Of a stretch of DNA of 64,000 bases, positions 28,706 through 39,351 are shown piece by piece. Each line of letters begins with the position of its first letter. Positions within the stretch are counted from its first letter, which is position 1. The position numbers and the translations under genes were made by a program. The stretch is taken from IMG/VR virus record IMGVR_UViG_3300032092_000001, one strand, 5' to 3'. The stretch comes from a virus. Lineage: Duplodnaviria > Caudoviricetes. The notes under the pieces were generated by a model. It was not told where the DNA came from and did no database searches. It saw nothing but the letters and a program-made list of their open reading frames with translations.

Positions 28706-29298
28706 GTCAAAACAAAGAAATAAGTGATGATGAGTTTGTAAAACAAATCAATGAAATGAGAAAAGTTTTACAATCTTTAGTAGATGGGGAATCTGTAAAT
28801 GAATTAAGTGACGAATTGGGTACTGACTTTTCAGAATTCAATGAGTTAGTCTTTAACCCTCCTATTACAAAAATAGAGTTAAAATACAAGTCACCATTTA
28901 AGTTATTTTATAATTATGAATCCGATAGTGGATTTGATTTATATTCAACTGAAGAGATTACCATACCCGCTTTTGGTAGAGTATTAGTTCCAACAGGAAC
29001 TTACTTTGACATACCGTCAGGACATGAAATACAGGTTAGAACAAAAAGTGGATTAGCAATTAAAGAAGGATTAATGGTATTAAACAGTCCCGGAACTGTA
29101 GACGAAGGATATACAGGTGAAGTTAAAGTAATTATTTTTAATGTTAACAACCACGAATACACAATTAAAAAAGGTATGAAAGTTGCTCAAGCCGTATTGG
29201 CGAGATGTCACCAAGGGATTTCAGTTGATTTAGTCTCGGTAAGTGGGATTGATGAGAAGGATAGAAATGAAAACGGTTTTGGGAGTACGGGGATATGA
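28702..29298 (+). CDS. dut: trimeric dUTPase with N-terminal extension
   Basis: SGFDL, RTKSG, GTVDEGYTGE, KVAQAV, RNENGFGSTG. Confidence 0.92.
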   Translation: MSQNKEISDDEFVKQINEMRKVLQSLVDGESVNELSDELGTDFSEFNELVFNPPITKIELKYKSPFKLFYNYESDSGFDLYSTEEITIPAFGRVLVPTGTYFDIPSGHEIQVRTKSGLAIKEGLMVLNSPGTVDEGYTGEVKVIIFNVNNHEYTIKKGMKVAQAVLARCHQGISVDLVSVSGIDEKDRNENGFGSTGI

Positions 29299-30929
29299 TT
29301 ACGATAGGATATAGTACAAGAGAATCTAAACCTGAGTTTCAAGAGTATTTAAGAAAATCTGCAGGACACCCCAAGGTTCAGATTATTGAAAAGGTTAATA
29401 ATGGAGAAAAAAACTTATCTCAAGTTTATAATGAAATTATATCTGAATCTAACCACGATATTATAGTTTTATGTCACGACGACATTTATTTTGATACAAA
29501 TAATTGGGCTAACAAGTTATCCAAAGTTTTTGATAAAAATTCAGAATATGGAATACTCGGAATGGCAGGTACTACTCACATGCCAAAAAGTGGTATGTGG
29601 TGGGAAGATAGAACAAAAATGTACGGAATTGTTAATCACGAACATGATGGAAAAAAATGGGAGTCAAAATATGCCGATTCATTAGGTAATGACGTTAAAG
29701 AAGTTGTAGTAGTTGATGGTGTATTTATTGCCATTCATAAAAACAAGATTAAAAGTAATTTTGATGAATCCGTTAGTGGATTTCATATGTACGATATAAA
29801 TTTTTGTTTTAAGAACTTCTTAGATGGAGTTAAAATTGGAGTCATAACAAACATACGTCTTACTCACAAATCCATTGGAATGACAAACGAACAATGGGAA
29901 ACCAATAAGAATTTGTTTGCTGAAAAATACAAAGACAACCTACCAACAAAAGTTAAATTTAACGAAAACTCAAATTTAAAAGTTTTAATATCTTGTTTGT
30001 TTTTTCAAAAATTTACAGGTTCAGAAATGTACGTTTTTGAATTAGCTAAAAATTTAGTTAAACAAAATTGTGATGTCACTGTTGTCGCATCTGAGACCAA
30101 CGGACCATTAGTATTGATGGCAACTAAATTAGGTATTAAAGTTAAGAATATAAAAGAAACTCCTGGATTTAAAATGGGTGATGGTAAATGGATGATTAAT
30201 ACAGACAAAGGACCACAACCATCAATTCCAAATAATTTTTATCAAGTAGACACTCCGCATTTTGATATTATTCATTGTCAACACAAACCAATTGTTGAGA
30301 TTATGAATACACTATATCCAACAGTTGATAAAATTTGTACGATTCATTCTGAAGTAATTGCACTTGAGAATCCTGTAGTACATAATAGTATTAAAAGATA
30401 CATCGCAATCCGTCCTGAGATTAAAGAACATATTGTGAATAATTTTAATATATCTGAAGATATTGTAGATGTCATCTATAACCCAATTGATGAAACCAAA
30501 TTTTATAACAAAAATATAAAGTCTGAGAATTATATTTTATTTGTCGGCTCAATTGATTACTTGAGGAAAAATACAATATTAGATTTGATAGAAGTTTCTA
30601 AAAATGAGAATAAAGAACTTTGGTTGGTTGGTGAAAATAAATCAGATTACCTAACTGAAATTTTAAAAAACTCACATGTAAAATATTTTCCACCCACATT
30701 AGAAGTTGATAAATACATTCATAAATGTAGTGAGACTGCGGGTATACTTTTAGGTAGAACAACAATTGAGGGGTGGATGTGCGGAAAACCAGGTTGGATT
30801 TATAATGTTGATGGTACAGGTAAAATAATAAATAAAGAATTTCATGATGTTCCGTCAAATATTGATAGATTTTATTCGTCAAATGTGTCAATAGAAATAA
30901 AACGTAAGTATTGTTTAATAATATCTTAA
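29295..30929 (+). CDS. bifunctional GT-A (GT2-like) plus GT-B (GT4-like) glycosyltransferase
   Basis: N-domain VLCHDD, VVDGVFIA, FHMYDINFC; C-domain GSEMYVFELAKNL, GRTTIEGWMCGKP. Confidence 0.8.
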   Translation: MITIGYSTRESKPEFQEYLRKSAGHPKVQIIEKVNNGEKNLSQVYNEIISESNHDIIVLCHDDIYFDTNNWANKLSKVFDKNSEYGILGMAGTTHMPKSGMWWEDRTKMYGIVNHEHDGKKWESKYADSLGNDVKEVVVVDGVFIAIHKNKIKSNFDESVSGFHMYDINFCFKNFLDGVKIGVITNIRLTHKSIGMTNEQWETNKNLFAEKYKDNLPTKVKFNENSNLKVLISCLFFQKFTGSEMYVFELAKNLVKQNCDVTVVASETNGPLVLMATKLGIKVKNIKETPGFKMGDGKWMINTDKGPQPSIPNNFYQVDTPHFDIIHCQHKPIVEIMNTLYPTVDKICTIHSEVIALENPVVHNSIKRYIAIRPEIKEHIVNNFNISEDIVDVIYNPIDETKFYNKNIKSENYILFVGSIDYLRKNTILDLIEVSKNENKELWLVGENKSDYLTEILKNSHVKYFPPTLEVDKYIHKCSETAGILLGRTTIEGWMCGKPGWIYNVDGTGKIINKEFHDVPSNIDRFYSSNVSIEIKRKYCLIIS

Positions 30930-30998
30930 AATACTGAAAATTATAATAAGTGTTTTATTTATTTTTATTCAAAAATTAGTACTTTTTAGTATAAAAAT

Positions 30999-31706
30999 AT
31001 GGAAATAAGAGTTTTAGTTATCAATATAAACAATAAAAATTATACTAAAAATTGTATAAATTTACTTTTAAATCAAAGATTTAAAAAATTTAAAATTACT
31101 TTATTCGACCAAAGTTCTACCGAAGAGGGTACCGAAGAAATATTAAATTATTTCATCAATCTTGGGGTTGACGTAATAAAGAGTGATTCTAATGTTCCTG
31201 TAAATTCTGTTTGGAATTGGTTTTATGAAAATTATAATGAAGATATATTATGTTTTTTAAATAATGATGTACTTATTTATGATAATTTTATTTCAGACAT
31301 TATTAATGTTTTTAAAAAGGAGCCGACCGTTGGTGTTGTCGTACATTCAACTAATCATGATAATTTTACAGAAAAAAAAGAAATTACCGAGTATACCGTA
31401 GTAGAACCAAAAATATTTATGCAAGGGTGGGATTTTAGTATTAGGAGAGATGCATATACTATAGTTCCAACAGAATTAAAAACTTATTGCGGTGATGATT
31501 TTATTTTCCATAACTTATACGAAAAGGGGTATAATTTAGCATATATTACAAGCTCTCCGATGATTCATTTTGAAGGTCAATCAAAACCATTCCTTTCTCA
31601 TGGAGGGGTTATTGATATCATTACGTATAAAAATATGGGATATCCTCATTATTTAAGAATTAATAATGAATTTTCAAATTTAAGACCAAATAAAATCTTT
31701 ATATAA
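30999..31706 (+). CDS. GT2-like glycosyltransferase
   Basis: CFLNNDV, YCGDDFI. Confidence 0.75.
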   Translation: MEIRVLVININNKNYTKNCINLLLNQRFKKFKITLFDQSSTEEGTEEILNYFINLGVDVIKSDSNVPVNSVWNWFYENYNEDILCFLNNDVLIYDNFISDIINVFKKEPTVGVVVHSTNHDNFTEKKEITEYTVVEPKIFMQGWDFSIRRDAYTIVPTELKTYCGDDFIFHNLYEKGYNLAYITSSPMIHFEGQSKPFLSHGGVIDIITYKNMGYPHYLRINNEFSNLRPNKIFI

Positions 31707-31714
31707 AATTACCA

Positions 31715-32704
31715 ATGAAAATTTTAATAACAGGAGTTGCAGGACTATTAGGTAGCCGATTATCAGACTGGATAATTGAAAATAAAACAGATGTTGAGGT
31801 TATTGGAATTGATAACCTAAGTGGGGGATATATAGAAAATATAAATAATAAGGTAAGATTTTACAATATGGACCTTAAAGATTTTAATTTAAGTAATATC
31901 TTTGAAGATGAAAAACCTGATTATGTTTTTCATTTCGCCGCATATGCCGCGGAAGGTCTTTCTCCATTTATTAGACAATATAACTACGAAAATAATCTAG
32001 TATCAACATCAAACATCATAAACCAATGCATTCAAAATAATGTTAAACGTTTGATTTTTACATCAAGTTTAGCAGTATATGGGCATGGTTATGGAGGAGT
32101 TTTTGATGAAAACCAAATTCCAAAACCTATTGACCCATATGGAGTGGCCAAATACGCATGTGAAATGGATATTCAGATTGCCGGAGAGCAACACGGTTTA
32201 GATTGGTGTATCATTAGACCACATAATGTTTATGGAATTAAACAAAATATTTGGGATAAATATCGTAATGTTTTAGGAATATGGATGTACCAATATCTAA
32301 ATAATGAACCGATGACAATTTTTGGCGATGGGGAACAGACTAGAGCTTTTAGTTATATTGATGATTGTTTAGAACCTCTTTGGAATTCATGTATCTTACC
32401 TGAAGCATCAAAACAAATTATTAATTTAGGGGGTATTGAAGAATATTCTATTAAATATGCGTGTCAAATTTTACAAGAGATTATCGGTTCCGGTAACATT
32501 GTATATAAAGAATCAAGACATGAAGTAAAGAATTCAATACCGACCTATCAAAAATCAATTGATATTTTAGGTTTTTCACATAAAACATCATTGAGAGATG
32601 GATTGAGTCATATGTGGGAATGGGCGAAAAAACAACCTAAAAGAGATAGATTTATTTGGCCTTCTTATGAGATAAATAAAGGAATATATTCTTTTTGGAA
32701 ATGA
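31715..32704 (+). CDS. NAD-dependent NDP-sugar epimerase/dehydratase (extended SDR)
   Basis: ITGVAGLLG (GxxGxxG), FTSSLAVYG, YGVAK (YxxxK), RPHNVYG. Confidence 0.92.
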   Translation: MKILITGVAGLLGSRLSDWIIENKTDVEVIGIDNLSGGYIENINNKVRFYNMDLKDFNLSNIFEDEKPDYVFHFAAYAAEGLSPFIRQYNYENNLVSTSNIINQCIQNNVKRLIFTSSLAVYGHGYGGVFDENQIPKPIDPYGVAKYACEMDIQIAGEQHGLDWCIIRPHNVYGIKQNIWDKYRNVLGIWMYQYLNNEPMTIFGDGEQTRAFSYIDDCLEPLWNSCILPEASKQIINLGGIEEYSIKYACQILQEIIGSGNIVYKESRHEVKNSIPTYQKSIDILGFSHKTSLRDGLSHMWEWAKKQPKRDRFIWPSYEINKGIYSFWK

Positions 32705-33300
32705 AAAATACTAATATAGAGTTTATAATACCAACATATAATAGACCGTATCAACTTTTAACAGTTATTGGGTCAATTGCGTCTCAGATAAATCCAAATT
32801 GGAGGGTACATGTTGTTGCGGATTGTCATTATGAAGGGTATGATAATATTAAATTTTTCTTTAAAAATGAAAAAAGAATTAAATTTTCGGTATTAGATGG
32901 TCCTCATAACGATTGGGGTCATACCCCGAGAATTTATGGTCTACAAAATGCAACCGAAGAATGGGTGGTTATGACAGGGGACGATAATTATTACACACCG
33001 AATTTCGTAGATTCTTTTTTATCGGTAATTGACGATGAGGTTAATTTTGTATACTGTGATATGTTACACAACCATGATACAACTCAATGTAATTCTTATA
33101 GGTATTTTGAATCTTCTCCCAAAATTAACTTTATTGACATAGGAAATTTCGCGTCAAGAACTCACCTTTCAAAATTAATACCCTTTAATAAGGGCTCCTA
33201 TAGTGCGGATGGGGAATTCGTTGAGTCTTATATAAAAAAATTTTGTAATGAAAAAAATAATATAAAAAAAATAAATAAATCACTTTATATCCATAATTAA
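32695..33300 (+). CDS. GT2-like glycosyltransferase
   Basis: FIIPTYNR, MTGDDNYY, ADGEF. Confidence 0.75.
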   Translation: MEMKNTNIEFIIPTYNRPYQLLTVIGSIASQINPNWRVHVVADCHYEGYDNIKFFFKNEKRIKFSVLDGPHNDWGHTPRIYGLQNATEEWVVMTGDDNYYTPNFVDSFLSVIDDEVNFVYCDMLHNHDTTQCNSYRYFESSPKINFIDIGNFASRTHLSKLIPFNKGSYSADGEFVESYIKKFCNEKNNIKKINKSLYIHN

Positions 33301-33788
33301 TGAATTTAATAAATTTTAAAAACAAAGACTATCCTTACTTTCAATGTGAGGGATTTGCATCTCAATTCGCATTTCCATATGCTAAAAAATTTTGTGATGG
33401 TGAGGGATACGATATTGGGTGTATGAAAAAAGAATGGTCTTTTCCTGGGTCAATACCAATTGACTTATCTTTTAATGACGGATACCACGCACTAAATTTA
33501 CCAAAAAAAAATGTTGATTATATATTCTCAAGTCATTGTTTAGAACATATTACAGATTGGGTTACAGTTATGGACTATTGGTATGAAAATTTAAAAGACG
33601 GAGGAATTCTATTCTTATATTTACCCGACTATAGTCAAGAGTACTGGAGGCCATGGAACAATAGAAAACATGTTAATATATTTTCACCAAAAATAATTGA
33701 GGATTACTTATCTCATAAAAATTATAAAAACATTTTTGTGAGTGGGATTGATTTGAATAATTCATTTATGGTTGTTTGTGAAAAATGA
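33300..33788 (+). CDS. class I SAM-dependent methyltransferase
   Basis: GYDIGC, DYIFSSHCLEHI, LKDGGILFLYLP. Confidence 0.8.
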   Translation: MNLINFKNKDYPYFQCEGFASQFAFPYAKKFCDGEGYDIGCMKKEWSFPGSIPIDLSFNDGYHALNLPKKNVDYIFSSHCLEHITDWVTVMDYWYENLKDGGILFLYLPDYSQEYWRPWNNRKHVNIFSPKIIEDYLSHKNYKNIFVSGIDLNNSFMVVCEK

Positions 33789-34492
33789 AATATATAATTA
33801 ATCAATTCCAAGGCATCGGGGATATATTTTTTTGTGAACCGATTGCTCGTCATTTACATAATAATGGCGATAATGAAATCTTATGGCCTGTTTTAGATGA
33901 ATTTATATGGGTAAAGGAGTACATTCCTTATATTAACTTTATTAAAAAAAGTGAATTCGTCTTTAATTATGAAAGTACTTTTTTTGGAAATTTAGATGAT
34001 AACACAATACATGTTCCATTAAGATTTGCTAATCCTATTTTTAGAGGTCTTCACCCTCATGATTATTCTGACCAGTATCATACTATGCTAGACAAATATA
34101 GAATGATGGGTTTACCTGAAAATTTATGGAGGTCTTTATCATGGGTTAGAAACAATAAAAAAGAAAATGAACTTTATAATTTATTAATTAAAAATAAGAA
34201 TTATGTTTTAGTTAATAATTTTTGGAGTGATGGAGTTTTAGACATAAAATTTAATTCCAATGGTAGAGACATTGTTTATATGAATAAAATTAATGGTTAT
34301 ACATTATTTGATTGGTCTAAAATAATTGAGGATGCGGATGAAATACACACGGTATCAACTTCAAATTTATTTATCATTGAATCACTAAAATTAAAAACGG
34401 ACAAAGTTTTTTTATACCCAAGAAGGCCTAGAGAAAATAATTTTGACGGTATTTCTGAGTTTGTGAATAAAAATTTTAATTTGGTTTTGTAG
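33785..34492 (+). CDS. GT-B-like glycosyltransferase (GIGD start)
   Basis: QFQGIGDIFF start; C-terminal WSKIIEDADEIHTVSTS as in GT9-like enzymes. Confidence 0.5.
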   Translation: MKYIINQFQGIGDIFFCEPIARHLHNNGDNEILWPVLDEFIWVKEYIPYINFIKKSEFVFNYESTFFGNLDDNTIHVPLRFANPIFRGLHPHDYSDQYHTMLDKYRMMGLPENLWRSLSWVRNNKKENELYNLLIKNKNYVLVNNFWSDGVLDIKFNSNGRDIVYMNKINGYTLFDWSKIIEDADEIHTVSTSNLFIIESLKLKTDKVFLYPRRPRENNFDGISEFVNKNFNLVL

Positions 34493-34493
34493 T

Positions 34494-35237
34494 ATGGAAT
34501 TTGTATCATATGGTGAAACATTCATCTTTGATGAAGAAAAACACAATAATATAACAAGTTTTAATTGGTTTGTTGATGTTTTAAAAAATGAGAAATGGGA
34601 GCCACTAACTTTTGAAATATTTAATCAGTTATCTAATAAAGAAAAAATTGCGGTAGATATCGGAGGTTGGATTGGAGTAACGTCCATTTTCTTATCAAAA
34701 AAATTTAAATCAGTTATAACAATTGAACCAGATTTAGTAGCATTTAAAACTCTTTTGGAAAATATTAAAGATAATAAATGTGATAATGTCATTTCATACA
34801 ATAAAGCGTTTTTCAATAGTAGTGTTAAAAATATTTATTTTGGAGTAAATGATTTTGATTTTGACTCATATTTAGGTTCATCAACCAGTCATATTAAGGT
34901 AAATAAAAATAATGTAGAGGATTACCAAATAGAGACTATTAGTATTTTAGATATTATACAGGAAGTCAATCCTTTTGAAATTGGTTTAATTAAAATTGAT
35001 ATTGAGGGTGGTGATGAAGATATTTTAGATGAGGTTATTACTGTAGGTTCAAAATACGGGTGGAAATTATGGATTTCATTTCATTATGGGTGGTGGAAAG
35101 ATAAAAATATTAAGAGGTTTGAGTATTTGATACCATTAATTAAAAAGGTTAGAGTGGATAATACCGAAATACCCCCATATAATTTGTTTTCGGTAATTGA
35201 ACAGAATGTTTCAGAATCGTTTTTAATTGAGTTATAA
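34494..35237 (+). CDS. FkbM-family methyltransferase
   Basis: VDIGGWIG, IEPD, LIKIDIEGGD. Confidence 0.85.
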   Translation: MEFVSYGETFIFDEEKHNNITSFNWFVDVLKNEKWEPLTFEIFNQLSNKEKIAVDIGGWIGVTSIFLSKKFKSVITIEPDLVAFKTLLENIKDNKCDNVISYNKAFFNSSVKNIYFGVNDFDFDSYLGSSTSHIKVNKNNVEDYQIETISILDIIQEVNPFEIGLIKIDIEGGDEDILDEVITVGSKYGWKLWISFHYGWWKDKNIKRFEYLIPLIKKVRVDNTEIPPYNLFSVIEQNVSESFLIEL

Positions 35238-35254
35238 AAAAATAATACAGATTT

Positions 35255-35992
35255 ATGAAAATACACGCACACATAATAGCATTTAATGAGGAAAAAATCC
35301 TTCCATTTACATTAGATTACTATTCATCAATATGTGAAAAAATTTTTGTTTACGATAATATGTCAACAGATTCTTCCGATGAGATTTACAAAAAATATGA
35401 AAAGGTTGAGGTCATAAAATGGGATAGTAATAATGAAATTAACGAATTTAATTATACTAAAATCAAATCTTATGAATATAGAAATAGAAGTAGGGGTCAA
35501 AAAGTTGACTGGGTAATTACATGTGACTGTGATGAATTTATATATCACCCTAATTTAATTGATAAACTTAAACACTACTCAAGCGTTGGGGTTACTGTGG
35601 TTAGGACTAGCGGACATGAAATGGTTAGTAATGAATTTCCAAAATATGACAATACACTATTACCAAATAAAATCAAAATTGGTTCGGAAAAATTAAAAAT
35701 GTTATCTAAAAGTATTATTTTTAATCCTGAAATTAATATTGAATTTGATGCCGGTGCCCATAATTTTAGTTCAGATAATACAATACTTTCAGATACTGAC
35801 GAAATAAAAATTTTACATTATAAAGGACTTGGTGAGAATTACGTTAAAGAAATATATGAAAATCGTGCTAAAAGACTCAGCCAAACCAATAAAACTAATG
35901 GATGGGGAACTCACTATTTTGAATCTGAAAAATTTATATTATTAATGAGAGATATTTTAAAGAAAAATAAAAATATTGTTGATGTTATATGA
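35255..35992 (+). CDS. GT2-like glycosyltransferase
   Basis: AFNEEKILP, VYDNMSTD, VITCDCDEFI, ILHYK. Confidence 0.75.
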   Translation: MKIHAHIIAFNEEKILPFTLDYYSSICEKIFVYDNMSTDSSDEIYKKYEKVEVIKWDSNNEINEFNYTKIKSYEYRNRSRGQKVDWVITCDCDEFIYHPNLIDKLKHYSSVGVTVVRTSGHEMVSNEFPKYDNTLLPNKIKIGSEKLKMLSKSIIFNPEINIEFDAGAHNFSSDNTILSDTDEIKILHYKGLGENYVKEIYENRAKRLSQTNKTNGWGTHYFESEKFILLMRDILKKNKNIVDVI

Positions 35993-36657
35993 ATACTCCT
36001 ATTACATTTACTATAACATCTTGTAATAGACTTGATTTATTAGAGAAAACATTATCTAGTTTTATGTTAATTAACAATTATGAAATTGATGAATATCTTA
36101 TGTCTGACGACTCAGGTAATTGCGAAATTTCAGAATTTTTAAATAATAAATATGGTGAAAAATTTAAAATAATATCAAATAAAACACAAGTTGGGTTATC
36201 TAAGAGTATTGATAACCTATTTACATCATCTAAAAATGAATACATATTTCATTGTGAGGACGATTGGTTATTTGACTACAATCCTAATTTTATAAGGGAT
36301 TCGTTGTCAATTTTATCTGAAAGAAATGACATACACCAAGTTAGTGTTAGACACAATTATTGTAATCCCCACAAGCCGATTGGTGAGTTGTTAAAAACTA
36401 ACACTAGTGTTAAATATTGGGAATTAACTCAGGAATTTAAAAGTACCCCAAATCAAATATGGAATGGGTATAGCTGGAATCCCGGATTACGAAGAAAATC
36501 AGATTACCTTAAAATGTTCCCAAATGGGGTTTCTGAATTTGGTGATGAATATGATTGTGCAAATCATGTTAGAAAATATAATTATAAATCTGCGGTTTTG
36601 GAACAAACATCATGTTATCATATAGGGTACAAAAGAACAGAAAATTTTATAATATAA
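35989..36657 (+). CDS. GT2-like glycosyltransferase
   Basis: TSCNRLDLLEKTL, FHCEDDW, SWNPGLRR. Confidence 0.75.
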   Translation: MNTPITFTITSCNRLDLLEKTLSSFMLINNYEIDEYLMSDDSGNCEISEFLNNKYGEKFKIISNKTQVGLSKSIDNLFTSSKNEYIFHCEDDWLFDYNPNFIRDSLSILSERNDIHQVSVRHNYCNPHKPIGELLKTNTSVKYWELTQEFKSTPNQIWNGYSWNPGLRRKSDYLKMFPNGVSEFGDEYDCANHVRKYNYKSAVLEQTSCYHIGYKRTENFII

Positions 36658-36670
36658 CACATATAATATA

Positions 36671-37402
36671 ATGACAAGAAAAAAAACAACTAAAGACCCC
36701 GTTGATTTCGGGGGAGAAACTAAGGTTTCAAAGAAAGACCAAATCTGTAGAATTATAAAAAAGAGTAAAGACAAATTCCTAACTCAAAGTCAAAGAGAGT
36801 ACTACGATAAATTAAGAAGAAATCAAATCACTGTCTGTTCAGGACCTGCAGGTGTTGGTAAAAGTTTTATAGCTATGAAGGCAGCGGTAGATTTACTCGC
36901 AGAACACGATTCCCCTTATGAGAAGATAATCATTGTAAGACCTGCTGTTGAAGCCGAAGAAAAACTTGGTTCATTACCTGGAAATGTTGAAGAGAAATTA
37001 GACCCATATATCTTCCCATCATATTATCTATTAAATAAAATTATCGGTAAGGAGGCTCGTGAAAAATTAAAGTCCATGGAGGTTATTGAGGTATTTGCAT
37101 TAGCTTATATGAGAGGGATGAATATTGATAACTCCATTCTAATCTTTGAAGAAGCTCAAAACGCAACTCCAAAACAGATGAAACTTTTATTAACCCGTAT
37201 TGGAACCGACAGTAAATTTTTCATATCAGGTGATTTAGAACAAACTGATAGATATAAAGATAAAAAACATTCAGGATTGTGGGATGCTCTTGAGAGATTA
37301 AAAAACATGTCTGAAGTTGGGGTTCATCAATTTGGAGATGAAGATGTGGTTAGAAACCCGATAATAACAGAACTATTGAAAAGGTATGAAGATAGGGATT
37401 GA
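36671..37402 (+). CDS. phoH: PhoH-family ATPase
   Basis: GPAGVGKS, RPAVEAEEKLGSLPG, YMRG, EEAQN, GDLEQTD, VRNP. Confidence 0.95.
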   Translation: MTRKKTTKDPVDFGGETKVSKKDQICRIIKKSKDKFLTQSQREYYDKLRRNQITVCSGPAGVGKSFIAMKAAVDLLAEHDSPYEKIIIVRPAVEAEEKLGSLPGNVEEKLDPYIFPSYYLLNKIIGKEAREKLKSMEVIEVFALAYMRGMNIDNSILIFEEAQNATPKQMKLLLTRIGTDSKFFISGDLEQTDRYKDKKHSGLWDALERLKNMSEVGVHQFGDEDVVRNPIITELLKRYEDRD

Positions 37403-38039
37403 GATTAATGGTGTTCTTAGGGACACCATTTTAAAATTTAGACAGGTATATGAAAAGGTTATGATTGATACTCAGGATGATGAGAATCCTTCGTCTACTT
37501 TTCAAATTGACATGTCAGGTAACACTGAAGAGGAACAAACTAAACCTTCATTTGAATATAAAATAATTAGTGATGTCAACTCTTTAGATTTAATGTCTCA
37601 TTTTTCATTTAGAGATGAAGATGAATTCTTCTCGTTTATGTATGAAGAACACCCAATGGAGATATTCGGTCATTCTCCTTCAACTGAGATGTTAACTTTT
37701 AACATTTTAAATGATTTGTATTTGGAACTTAGAGACAAACATGAAATTCATATAATTTCAGATGAGATTAATAAATCAAAACCTGCTTCTCTATTTTTTC
37801 TTTCAAAATTTGGGTGCTTGGTTGAGCATGTTTCATTTTATAATGAAATTACTAAAAATGATGTTTTATCAAAGTTTGATTTAATAGTTACTTCTAATCC
37901 TGATGTTATTATTAATTATGGAGACAAAATTGATGTAATTAAATTTGATACTTGTTATAATACAAATATTAATTCTAAAAACTCAATTTCGTCAATTAAA
38001 GATTTAAAAGAAAAAATTAAGAAATGCTTAGAATTTTAG
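37386..38039 (+). CDS. HAD-superfamily 5'(3')-deoxyribonucleotidase-like protein with atypical motif I
   Basis: MKIGIEINGVLRD in place of the canonical DxDGV. Confidence 0.5.
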   Translation: MKIGIEINGVLRDTILKFRQVYEKVMIDTQDDENPSSTFQIDMSGNTEEEQTKPSFEYKIISDVNSLDLMSHFSFRDEDEFFSFMYEEHPMEIFGHSPSTEMLTFNILNDLYLELRDKHEIHIISDEINKSKPASLFFLSKFGCLVEHVSFYNEITKNDVLSKFDLIVTSNPDVIINYGDKIDVIKFDTCYNTNINSKNSISSIKDLKEKIKKCLEF

Positions 38040-38287
38040 GAGAATATTATTACATTGACTTGAATAAGATTCAAGAAGATGTGAATTTTAACACTGAGAT
38101 AGTTTCAGGTGAGACTGAGCAACATATTAGTGTTGTAAAGTATGATATGATTAAAATAATGATTGACGTTATTTTAACCGAACAAAATGAAGTTGATGAG
38201 GCTTTGGGTCCAAAATCTGACACCTCAATCCCATTTAAAATCGCATTTAATACTCTATTAAATAATCAAATAATAAAAAAATACTAA
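38024..38287 (+). CDS. hypothetical protein
   Basis: 87 aa within a tiled operon. Confidence 0.55.
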   Translation: MLRILGEYYYIDLNKIQEDVNFNTEIVSGETEQHISVVKYDMIKIMIDVILTEQNEVDEALGPKSDTSIPFKIAFNTLLNNQIIKKY

Positions 38288-38288
38288 T

Positions 38289-39350
38289 ATGGAAGAAAGA
38301 GTTAGTAAAATAGAACAATCTATCAAAAATCTAAAAGAAAAAAACTCAAGAATTTACTTCTTTGTGCAGGACACTAAAGGTAACGCAAGAGCATCTGTAA
38401 GATACATCTATCAGATGGCACACACACTAAAAGAATTGGGATATAACTCAATAATGTTACACGAAAAAAATGATTATTATGGTGTATCTAATTGGTTGGA
38501 TTCTAAATTTATGGAATTACCTCACCAATCAGTTGAAGGTCAAAATTTGGAGATTTCACCTGAGGATGTGATTATTGTCCCTGAAATTTTTGGGTACATT
38601 ATGACGCAAATTTCTAATCTACCATGTGCGAAAATTGTTTTATCTCAAGCTTACGACCACGTATTTGAAACATTACAACCAGGTCAGTCATGGAGTCAAT
38701 TAGGATTCACAAAATGTATTACGACATCTGAAAGACAAAAAGAATATTTGTCATCAGTTATGAGAGGGGTAACTTATGACGTGGTTGAACCCTATATTTC
38801 AACAGTTTTTGAGAAGTCACAGTATCCCGCAAAACCAATTATTACAATCCATTCAAGAGAACAAAGAGATTCAATTAACATTATTAAATCATTCTATCTT
38901 AAATATCCTCAATTCAGATGGATTAGTTTTAGAGATATGAGAGCAATGTCTGAAGAAGAATTCTCAACTCACTTAAAGGAGTCAATGTTATCAGTATGGA
39001 TTGACACAACTAGTTCATTTGGGACATTCCCTCTTGAGTCATTCAAATTAGGGGTTCCAGTTATCGGTAAAGTTCCTAACATGGTTCCAGAATGGATGGA
39101 TGAAAAAAATGGAGTGTGGGTTCAAGACACAATTAAAATGATTGATTATATCGCAGATTTCGTACAGAATTGGCTTGAGGATAACATCTCTGAAGATTTG
39201 TATACCGCAATGTTAGAAACTTCTGAAAAATACTCCGACGAAAACAAATTCAAAAATAAAGTTTCACAATTATTTAATTCATATTTCAATGTAAGAATTT
39301 CAAATTTTGAAACTGAACTAAATAAATTAACATCAAACGTAGAACAATAA
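38289..39350 (+). CDS. GT-B glycosyltransferase-like protein
   Basis: DVIIVPEI, FGTFPLESFKLGVPVIG. Confidence 0.7.
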   Translation: MEERVSKIEQSIKNLKEKNSRIYFFVQDTKGNARASVRYIYQMAHTLKELGYNSIMLHEKNDYYGVSNWLDSKFMELPHQSVEGQNLEISPEDVIIVPEIFGYIMTQISNLPCAKIVLSQAYDHVFETLQPGQSWSQLGFTKCITTSERQKEYLSSVMRGVTYDVVEPYISTVFEKSQYPAKPIITIHSREQRDSINIIKSFYLKYPQFRWISFRDMRAMSEEEFSTHLKESMLSVWIDTTSSFGTFPLESFKLGVPVIGKVPNMVPEWMDEKNGVWVQDTIKMIDYIADFVQNWLEDNISEDLYTAMLETSEKYSDENKFKNKVSQLFNSYFNVRISNFETELNKLTSNVEQ

Positions 39351-39351
39351 T

